DNA of 61,931 nt, filler included, from Hausera hauseri (Eukaryota): the NCBI GenBank assembly GCA_046269625.1. It is 10 parts of 10 records of this genome, joined end to end, with 100 filler letters (N's around TTAATTAATTAA, not from the genome) between each part and the next. Parts side by side here need not be neighbours in the genome. Positions count along the whole stretch, not along the records: positions 1 to 4,528 come from JBJURY010540675.1; positions 4,629 to 9,600 come from JBJURY010374481.1; 8 more parts are not named here. One strand, written 5' to 3'. Positions within the stretch are counted from its first letter, which is position 1. Each line of letters starts with the position of its first letter. The notes below the pieces were generated by a model. It saw only the letters and a program-made list of their open reading frames with translations, ran no database searches and was not told where the DNA came from. A program made the translations under genes and the position numbers. Shown piece after piece: positions 1-9,700 of this stretch.

Positions 1-2
1 TT

Positions 3-248
3 AAAGGAGGGGGATGTGAGGAGGAATTTAAACGAATATTAATGTTTAAATTCAATTCAAAGTCAATTCAATAAATAACCAATATAAAGTCGAGAAATTC
101 AAAAAAAGGGATGAAAATAAGACTCATTTAATTAGTAAACGAGATAATTGTTATACCAACTTTTATAATAAATTTCTAATGCATAATTCAATCTTACAAT
201 CATTGAATGTCGTTGAGGTCGGAATAGTAAATACGCGATTTTCTAACA
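3..248 (+). mobile_element. Polypurine tract (3-14) plus 3' LTR (15-248, TGT...ACA) of a Ty3/Gypsy element, abutting the pol 5' region of an oppositely oriented element
   Basis: AAAGGAGGGGGA directly followed by TGTGAGGAGG...TTCTAACA; aligns over its whole length with 14144-14384, which follows an integrase C-terminus. Confidence 0.85.
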
Positions 249-1010
249 CTGCCGATGTCATTATCATTTAAAGCTATAATATCTCGATATTTGCGGAATA
301 ATTGCAGTAATTTTTTCAATTCAAATGGGGTTAAATCACCGACTTTAAATTTGATATTTTCATTTTCTACTAAGAATGTTGCTGCGCATAACTTAACTGG
401 TTGTAATTTTCCTAAATTGAGGTTTTGCCATAGTTTGATTGTCTTTTATTAATATTTTCTATTGGTAATTCTAAACTTTGTACTCCTTTTGATACGAATA
501 AGGGATATTATAAAATCTTATATTTTTCATTGTTATATAAGTTCGGTTCAAACACACAAGATTGCTCATGATATTGCGGCTGTATTCTTAACATCACCAT
601 CACTTGTTGTTGTTGTTTTATGATAACATCATGAGTTAGAGTCATACTGATATCCTCAATTGGCAAGTTGTTTAGTGTGTATCTAAGAATCTTGGTTGAT
701 AAATCTATTGAGAGTCCTAAAATATGTGACAGTACATCCATTCCTATCATCAGAGGTACTGGCAGTATTTTATTGTCTGCCACAAATAAAGTGATGGTGT
801 TTAAATTACCATCAATTTTTATTTTGATATATATTTTTCCTAGAAATTGTACTTGAGTGGAATTTGCTGCTTCTATTACTATATTACTCGGCATGATTAC
901 TCCTTTTTGATCGTCCGTTAGGTACGAATGTCGAATCATTGACACTTATGCGCCTGTATCTATTAGTGCATAATATTTAATCCATTAAATCGTACACGGA
1001 TATAGGGGTT
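249..1010 (-). pseudogene. Retroviral-type aspartic protease and pre-RT spacer of an env-bearing Gypsy element
   Basis: PYIRVRFNG..(frameshift)..YALIDTGA*VSMI at ~940-1010; IEAANSTQVQFLG and LMIGMDVL in ORF 508-945; LLQLFRKYRDIIALNDNDIG pre-RT motif cut by the LTR at 248. Confidence 0.85.
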
Positions 1011-1429
1011 ATTTCCCGTTGTAATGATGGTTTGGGTCATAAAAATGAATTTTGTATTATTCCTTCGGGCATCCGTGGTATTATATTGTCGAAGTACGTT
1101 TGGTGTGTATGTTGTACTTGATAAGCAGGTGCATTCACCCAAAGCTCTGGCCATAGAAAGATTGTTTATGGATGTGACCTTCATTTCTCTATTATCAGGG
1201 TATTCCAGGAATTCATCAATAGGTTCGGGTTTATACTATGTTGGTGTTTCTGGCTTGGAGTGTTGTCGAGCTTTCTTCCTCAATAATTTATATTTAACCA
1301 GGTATTCTTCTGCTGTTAATTTAATAAAGGCTAGTAACTGTTGCTCCAATTCTGGGGCTAGATGCGGTTCTTTTCTTAATTTATCAAGTTCCTTCGCATG
1401 CCAATACATCAATACTGATGTATAATTTG

Positions 1430-3232
1430 CAGCATAATTTGCCATGTACAACCACGTACTTTCTTTATATTTCTTGCAGCTCCTATTTGTCTTAAAATGA
1501 CCATTATTGTGGTAATTATAACATATATTCCGAAAACTCCTGATATAACTTGGCCAAAAATAAGGAATTTATTTTACAAATTATAAAGGACCTTTTTATT
1601 TGTTCTTTCTAAATGATCAATTGGCAATAACATTCCATAATTAGGTATACCATCTGATCCTTTCGTAACAGTATATACAAATTCCGTGATGACTTTTTCT
1701 AGGATATTCTGAAATAACACTTGATTTCTTACCGCTTCCAGGTCTGTCAAGGAAGTTCTCTATTTACTTTAAACTTCATCCCTTTATCCAATGGTAATAG
1801 TCCAATAGTCTGAGGTATGTTCATCACTGTTGGTTGGCGTGTTTTAGTGCATCTTCCATCGTTAAGTTTGAAGGCTGGATAAAAGTCTTTATAACATGGC
1901 GCAAAGCTGATTTCAGTAGGTAACAATAAATCTCGAGTAATAGGGTCCACATATCCCATTTTAATTATGTTTTTGTCGTTGTATTGGACCATTAATTCGT
2001 TCGTGCAATTTGCTTTCGGAGATGTTACTGGCGTTACCTTTTTCGGTGGGCATTGGTATACATGGTGTATTTCACATTGTACTCTACCAAATGTTCCAGG
2101 GCGATATCCCATAATTAAGGCAATATATTCGGGGAACTCTCTAACTAGTACCACGTCGTTTTGGTTCAATTTTTGAGTGATTTTACAATCTCTCAGTACC
2201 ATCATATTATAAAATTTAACTAAATTCATTTTTGATGTTTGATAGATATAGTCTATCTTATTATTCGTATATAGGTACCACTATATATCTTCAGTTGGCA
2301 AATTTTCTGTATTTGCCAGAGTTACCTTTGTTACGAATAGATCTTCATAAGATGCCAAATAAACTGCATTCGATCCACAAGTTGATACTGCTCTTTTACG
2401 TGCCAGTACGATTCCGTCTTTGCCACTGGATGACATTAAAACTTTTAGGGAAATGATCTGTCTTAAGGTTCGTGGGGTAGGCAAACTTACATTATAGTTA
2501 TGTTCAGTTTCTTGATATTCGTCGTCATAATATAAATCACCTTGTATTTTGTACATAGATACCTGTTTAAGGAAGGCTAATGGACATATTATGACCGTTT
2601 TTTTCCAAATTAGGGTGGATTCTCCTAAGGTATATACTCCACTAGAATATGTACAGGATGGTGCGGTGAACATTTTTCCTGTTATTGAGTAGAAATTTAC
2701 TTTATATTACTTTATGGTGACGGTATAATCTTCTATTTGTACTACAGCGGATATTTTTTTGTCCACTTATCATCATACTTTCTCCTTTACAGGCTCCGCC
2801 ACATCCAGACCATATTTTTCCGGCTGTAACTATACGTGAATACACTCGTTTTCCTATGCCTGCCTGTAGTGGCTGTTGAAGGCCTACATGAATTGAGTCT
2901 GTGGATTTTCTACAATTTTCGGCTGTTATTGTCACGGGTTTAGGAAGTCCTGATGGAATAATTACTGAGTTCCACAAATTATGACCGCAGTTATAGGCGA
3001 ATATAACTTTATTAACTTGACATTCCTTTACTTGAACTTGTTGATAACTGATTCTTTGATACAAGTTATAATTGTAAGGACCTTCCTTCTTTACTGATAT
3101 CGGATTTGCGTTCTGACATTTGCTGGCTGTTATTTCTGGTTTGGAGCAATCATAAGCTTCTAACGCTTTCGTAGTATTTAGGCTACTAACGGCTATTAAA
3201 TATAATAATAGATGAATAATTTGTACAACCCA
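1430..3232 (-). pseudogene. env: Envelope glycoprotein, chuvirus/herpes gB-like class III fusion type, frameshifted
   Basis: Hydrophobic leader then LEAYDC, ECQVNKVIFAYNCG, GACKG, GTFGRVQCEIHHVYQC, CTNELMV..GYVDPITR, and a C-terminal TM (KFLIF/GQVISGVFGIYVIITTIMVIL) near 1500-1580; collinear with 4629-6429. Confidence 0.8.
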
Positions 3233-3280
3233 ATCTGATACGTTGGTATCTTTGGGGTATATTAACGTAGTGGGGTTAAC

Positions 3281-3646
3281 TTTCTTGAGGATTTCGTCCC
3301 AACCACCTTGTTTGGTTACCCAATCTCTCGTTAGCTTATCCATATGATGGGCTGGGTCCCTTATTATATGGTGTAACTTGGTGTCGACTTCCGTCTGGTT
3401 TTTGAAGCTGACCACTAATCCTAATGCCATCAACAACCAATTTAGGTCACATTCCTTTAACAATCGTATCAATGCTTTATTTAAACCTCCTTTCGGTTTA
3501 TATTTCTGTAATCTCGTAAATTGCGATGAGAAATTTGTAGCAGTTTCTATTATGGACTGCAATGAAATTGTGGAAATTGTTGGTATCTTTTTGAGTTGAT
3601 TTGATTTAGCTTTCTTGATTAATTGTTCCAAAAGTTCATGAGTCGT
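3281..3646 (-). CDS. Bcl-2-family-like domain inside ORF 2702-3859, in frame with the env leader
   Basis: BH2-like DWVTKQGGWDEI (3290-3325), BH1-like LLKECDLNWLLMAL (NW at 3437-3442, canonical GR missing), BH1-BH2 spacing of ~40 aa, followed by a hydrophobic tail. Confidence 0.7.
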
Positions 3647-3859
3647 CAGTGTTACTTTTGGTATATTTATTTCGCTCTGATTTGATATTCCAAGAGCAGG
3701 ATTTTGTGTTTGTTCATTCTCGTAATCAATAATGGTAAATTGTTGGAAATTATCGTATAATATATATTCTAATGTTATCCATTGTTCCTTACGTTTTCGT
3801 GACAAGGATCTTTTTTCTTTGCCTTTCCAGCTTTTCTTCGGGATTTTCTTCATCATCAA

Positions 3860-4528
3860 TTATTGGGTTAAAATCGCATTTTCGTGGTCTTCCTCCCTTT
3901 TTCTTAGTGCCAAATTCCATGATAATCTGATGAATCCTTCCGGTACGGAGTCCATAATCTACAACATAATCATTGTCAACGGCTAAACTGCCATAAACAT
4001 CAGTTTAGCTATTATATTAATTTCTAAATCTAATTCAACTAATACCTTAATTCGAAGATCTGTGAATTTAGTGAACATTCCTGCTGTTACTTCGATTATT
4101 TGTTCCCACTTATTTATTTTGATCTCTATATTTATAATATATGGTTGTTTTCGGCTGTTTTCGTCTTAGGTCTCTTCCTAGAGATTTTAGTAACTTTCGT
4201 GCAGCTGAAAAGAAGAATACATCATCTTTTGTTAGTGGCAATAGTAATGACGCACATTCTATTCGATTAGTTAATGGTAGTGACTCATATTGTTTTAAGG
4301 CACTCCATACTTCATTAGGCGCTGAATCAGCGATTTGTAATTTAGCTTTAATTATTTCAGTTACTGATTCTGGAGGTTCGCCGTATACTATAAAACCTGG
4401 TGGTATATTCACCTACGGCATATTTTTTGGGTTCTCCATTGGCAATAGTGTAGTTTCAGGATACTGGATCAAATCCAGTGCAAGTATCAGTTCATCGTTT
4501 TCTAAGATTTCGAACACTTCGTCTTCAT
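3860..4528 (-). pseudogene. Unknown upstream part of the same polyprotein
   Basis: ORF 4110-4412 and the 3860-4109 interval, which reads in the frame of ORF 2702-3859 apart from three TAG/TAA stops. Confidence 0.5.
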
Positions 4529-4628
4529 NNNNNNNNNNNNNNNNNNNNNNNNNNNNNNNNNNNNNNNNNNNNTTAATTAATTAANNNNNNNNNNNNNNNN
4601 NNNNNNNNNNNNNNNNNNNNNNNNNNNN
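4529..4628. other. Artificial contig-joining spacer N44-TTAATTAATTAA-N44 (also at 9601-9700, 13744-13843, 29836-29935, 34845-34944, 39115-39214, 43805-43904, 53159-53258, 57398-57497)
   Basis: Identical 100-nt spacer occurs nine times; TTAATTAATTAA gives stops in all six frames. Confidence 0.98.
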
Positions 4629-6429
4629 AAGCAAATAGGTGCTGTTACCGTCTATGACTGCGATAAGTTTAAACTAGGACAGAAGTGCTCTCGAATGGAT
4701 TTAGAAGTATGTGAGGACGCCAGACCACACAAATTGGAAACGAGAGAAAAGTTATTTCCTGTACCAATAACAAGAATTAATATCATAGGACGGAATGGAA
4801 TGTATGTTAAGACGATCTTGTAGCATTTTCCATTGTGGATTAATGCATGGACATTAGTCAATAATCAAACCAACGACTCCTCTAATTCCAATGAATTTTG
4901 AACGCCATCATTGAAAACAGGCCAAGGAAACCGGAAGATTAAAATGGGATAGTATGGAACTAGAGATGCAACCCGGAAAAATAATCAGATTATATAAAGT
5001 AGTGGTTGGAAGGCTAGAGATGCATAATGGACATTGCAACGGAACAGAATATGACACTGGAAAAGGATTAGAAGCAAACGTAGTAGTCGTAGATTTCTAT
5101 GAATCAGAGATGCGAGTACAGAAAGTAATGTTCAGCAGCGTTACCAAGCTATATGCAGAAAATCAAGTGTCATTTACAAGACGGGACGTGTGCTTTTAGA
5201 AGTTCTGTTATAATATGGGTCCTTCCTCTGGAAGAAACTGTAACTTTATCAAAATTAAGGAATTGAAATTTAACGAAACTACCGGAAAACGATATATAGA
5301 TAAATCAGACACCAACTCAAGGACACTCGAGGTTGTAGGAGAGCACTCTACACCTACTATATTAATCTCTGACCAGTATGGGCTAAAATTCATCAAGAAA
5401 GAAATGATCTCTAGCTGTGAAGTGGTGATGTTGGCCACCAATTATGAATCATTTTTCGTCGCCGAGACGAAAATAAATGCGAAAACTTACAAGTTAGAAA
5501 CAGGACATTCGGATTGAAGATTACCTGAAAAACCGAGACGATTACCTTTATTAAAAGGACAAGTTGGAATACCCGAATTATACCACAAAATGATAACAAA
5601 TGATTGTAAATTAGATATGGGAATCATGAGGACAAAACTAGCTCTTATCTATACTAACCCCGAGTTAGCCTCGCCAATAATTCCCATGAGAGAAGGAATC
5701 TTCGGTCGAGTTACCGGTGAAGTTATATTGACTTATAAATGTGAGAGAAGAGACGTACCAATCAACGTTGAAGAAAACATTGTATACAAGAACTTCCCGT
5801 TATTTACCAGAATATTCCAAGATTAGCCACGCCGCTTACTAGTGTTGTTAGACAATGCAACTTAACCAACAATGCTTACAGATTGTAAAGCAAGTTTAAG
5901 AGAACCCATGTTTAGGCGTAGCGAAACAGACTGGGTTAGTTTGCTAAGTGGAGATATTACTGCCGCTCCAAATAAATAAACTGGAACAAATCTTGCAAAA
6001 GGGATTACTGACGATAAATTTCAAGATACCTTATCTAAAGGCATATATAGACATAAGGAAACTGAAGCTTTCAGACAATTTCTCGCTTTTCCGAGACAAC
6101 GCATGCATGAATTAAATCGAGCCATGGACTCCGTAGTAGATGATACTCGATATCAAGCTAAATGGGAATCACTGTTTTGTGTAAATCATTTCCGGCGAGT
6201 AACCACAGAAATACTTTACAAAATTTGGGGAAGATTTTTGATTTTTGAACAAGCCGCATCTGGATTTTTATCAATATATTTCCTAATACAAATGATTAAG
6301 GCCGTCATTCAAGCAGTAATAAATGGCTACGAAATATTTACATTGACCGGATTTTCATGTAAAATACTGACTGCAATAATTACACCTTTTGGAAATTTCT
6401 TAAAAGCATACGAAGAGAATAGATGGTAA
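4629..6429 (+). pseudogene. env: Second chuvirus/gB-like env glycoprotein, frameshifted
   Basis: AVTVYDCDK at contig start, IFHCG, GHCNGTEY, GIFGRVTGEVILTYKC, TM WGRFLIFEQAASGFLSIYFLIQMIKAVI. Confidence 0.8.
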
Positions 6430-7081
6430 TCAGGCATAGAACGTCATGTCGGTTATCATAATCGTAAACGAAAAGGAAGGCTTATGTTCTTGTACAAGCG
6501 GAAATTTACAAAACCTAATACTCGAAGAAATAATTCAGATGATGACGAGCCTAAGGACGGAGAAATACGCCCAAGAACAGACAGACATAAGATGTATTTC
6601 GTCATTAAAGCACCATTGCCTATGCTACCCCCTATTGCTCCAGTCTATGAAGACTGTGACAAGCGATCAATGAGCTTATATCAGACAGAAATCTAGAAAA
6701 GGGCAATTAGTTTAGAAGACCCATATGAAGGAACAAAACGTTACGGAGTCCTACGGAAAATGTGTTATCGACAGCCTCTCGACGATCCCAGAATATTGTA
6801 TTCCCCGAGAGAACCACGGAATATAGAGATTAGGTCACATGTCTGGGAAAATCCAAGGTTAAAAGCCTTCCGGAATATAGAACCCCACACTAACAATCGA
6901 GAACCATTAATTAGTACTCATGAAACTGAAGAATTGAACATGGAAAATAATGAATTATATCCAAACGGAGAATTAATACAATTGTCGGAAAATATAGCAT
7001 CCTTTCCAGAAATCCGAATAAACGGACGAATAAATTAAACTCCCAAAAGTTGCATCAAACTGTTTTGGAACAGTAATAGAA

Positions 7082-9600
7082 GGGCGACCCTTCGCCAAAG
7101 TTATTGAAGACTGGGAAGTTTATGCATTAATCGGTACAGTTTCCGAGATGTCTTACATTAAAAAGGATTCAATACCTCAAACGTTGAGAAGACAATTATA
7201 CCCACCATCTACAAAGGATCCATGAAATAAAGGAGCTTTTGGCCAAATGTCGAAACCCATGTTTAAATGGAATCAAGAAGTTCAAATAGTGGGACAGTTT
7301 TTCCACCATGAATTTGCATTTATGGAACAATTAACTAACGATGTAGTTTTAGGATGTAATCTACTCAAAAGACTGCCAAATATAGCAATTGACTTGCAAA
7401 CAGGAAAATTAATATAAATCAGACCAAATAAAGGCGTAAAAACGCTAAGGATAGAAAATTTGGAGAAGTGTGGATACCAGTAGATGAAAATATTCCACCA
7501 AGAACAGATATAATAATCTACGCGCAGATTCAATAAGATGACGATCAACCGGTATATTTCGAACCAAAGGAGACATTAAATCCGAATATAATACTTAGTA
7601 ACATACTGACAATAGTATACTCCGGTCGTGTGCCATCAGTAAGAGGCTTTAGATAGACTCTCAGGAGCAAAGTGGTTTAGTACTCTGGATTTACAATCAG
7701 GGTATCGGCAAGTAGAAATCGAAGACGAAGACCAATATAAAACAGCATTCAAAACACACGATGGTGTTTATAAATCCAACGTCATGCCGTTTGATATTAC
7801 TACCGGATCGGCCATATTTACGAGGATGATGAACAAAATGTTATTGGGGTTAGATCATGCTTTTGCATATTTATATGATGTAATGATAGTGTCAAGAAGG
7901 GAAGAGGAACACCTAAAGTATATTGAACACACACTGATGAGACTGGAACAGGCCGGATTGAAGTTAAGTCCAAAGAAATGCAAATGGGCTCAAAACGCAG
8001 TATCCTGCCTTGGCCATATAGTTGGAGAAGGAGGATCAAAACCAGATAAATCGTTATTAAACAAAATATCGGGTTGCATGGAACCACAAAATCAGAAAGA
8101 GTTAAGGCATTGGCTAGGACTCTGCGGATATTATGACAATTATGTACCAGACAATTCGAAAATAAACGCACCATTATACCGTCTACTTAAAAAAGGAATT
8201 AAATGAAAATGGACAGATGACGAACAGAAAGCTTTTGACGAAATGAAGAAGATATTAAAGAGTGAACGAGTTTTACGATACCCAGACTTTAACCTACCCT
8301 TTATAATCAAGACAGATGCCAGCAAAGAAGGTATTGGGTATGAATTAGCACAGAAAAGAGAAGGTGAAGAATTAGAACATCCATTTGCTTATAGAGGACG
8401 GTCCTGGAAAAAGGCCAAGAAAAACTATTCTGTCACCGAATTAGAAACTTTAGCCGTAAAAAAGGCGCTTCGACATTTCAACGTTTATGTGTGTGGGCAG
8501 AAAATCATAATTGTTACTGATCATAAAGCCGTCACTACCCCAAAAGTACGAGCAAATAATCCAACATGCAGACTTAACAGATGGATAGAAGAAATCTCTA
8601 GATATGATATCGAATTTCAGTATAAGCCAGCAAATAAACATGTACACGCCGATTCGCTATCAAGATTAAAGATTAAAACAAGTGCAATCACTGTAATGAA
8701 GAAAAGTCAGCTTGAAGAAATAATAGATTGCCAACGCGCCTTAACGATGGATAAAGCGATTAAAATCTCAACCGAACAAAGGAAGGATAGAATTATCCAG
8801 CAGAATATAGGATTTGCTGAGAAGTACATAGTACCAAAAGGACGACAATTAAAGAAACATCTACGTGGACATGGACACAAATATTGCGTTCTGAACAAGG
8901 GCCCAGAAAACTTTCTATATTATGATCGAAAAGGAAGAAAACTGATAGTTATTCCGAAAAATTTACGAACTGAAATTTTAATGTCAGAACATGATTGATA
9001 TTCGGCAGGACTCATGTCCTGTAAGAAAACATTAGACAGAATATTGAACAAATATTTTGGGCCCAGCATTTATATTGATGTAAAGAATTGGGTAAATGCT
9101 TGTGAAGTATGTGCGACCAAGCAAAAGAAAACGAAAAAGTACATGGCAAACTGAAACCAGTCGACGTGCCGGACATACCCATGCAGGCCATATCAATGGA
9201 TATCGTAGGACTATTACATACGACCCATGAGAATAATAAATATATCTTAACTTGTATTGATCGGCTAACTCATTTTGTTGAGTTGATAGCGCTAATTGAT
9301 CAAAAAGCAGAAACCTTGGCTAAAGCTGTAGTTAGAAGAATCATTTGCCGATATGGACTGCAGACCAAATATTGACAGATCGAGGAAGAAATTTTACCAT
9401 TGAACTATTTGATAATATTAGCAAAATATTTGAAATCGAAAGGTTAATTACAACTGCGTATCATTCTCGGTGTAATGGAATGGTTGAACGAACGAATGCA
9501 ACTGTCATACGCATACTATCAATCGTAGTAGCTAAGGACCAAAAAGATTGAGACGAATTTTTAGGAGGAACTCAATTTGCAATTAATACCACTCCGCATC
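7082..9600 (+). pseudogene. pol: Ty3/Gypsy pol (protease-RT-RNase H-integrase), degraded, truncated at contig end
   Basis: RPFAKV..YALIGTVS (decayed DTGS), WFSTLDLQSGY, KTAF, MPF, YLYD (YLDD), IKTDAS, NYSVTELE, TDHK, HVHADSLSR, SMDIVG, ILTDRG, CNGMVER. Confidence 0.95.
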
Positions 9601-9700
9601 NNNNNNNNNNNNNNNNNNNNNNNNNNNNNNNNNNNNNNNNNNNNTTAATTAATTAANNNNNNNNNNNNNNNNNNNNNNNNNNNNNNNNNNNNNNNNNNNN

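Noticed and set aside
4573-4584. Recurrent TTAATTAATTAA as a biological repeat or CRISPR-like unit
   Set aside because: Always centred in exactly 44+44 Ns; an assembly linker. Adjacency across these spacers means nothing, and ORFs containing X runs are artefacts.
4629-9600. Alternative genetic code or programmed readthrough explaining the in-frame stops
   Set aside because: All three stop types occur together with frameshifts and mutated catalytic residues (DTG>GTV, YLDD>YLYD); this is ordinary decay.
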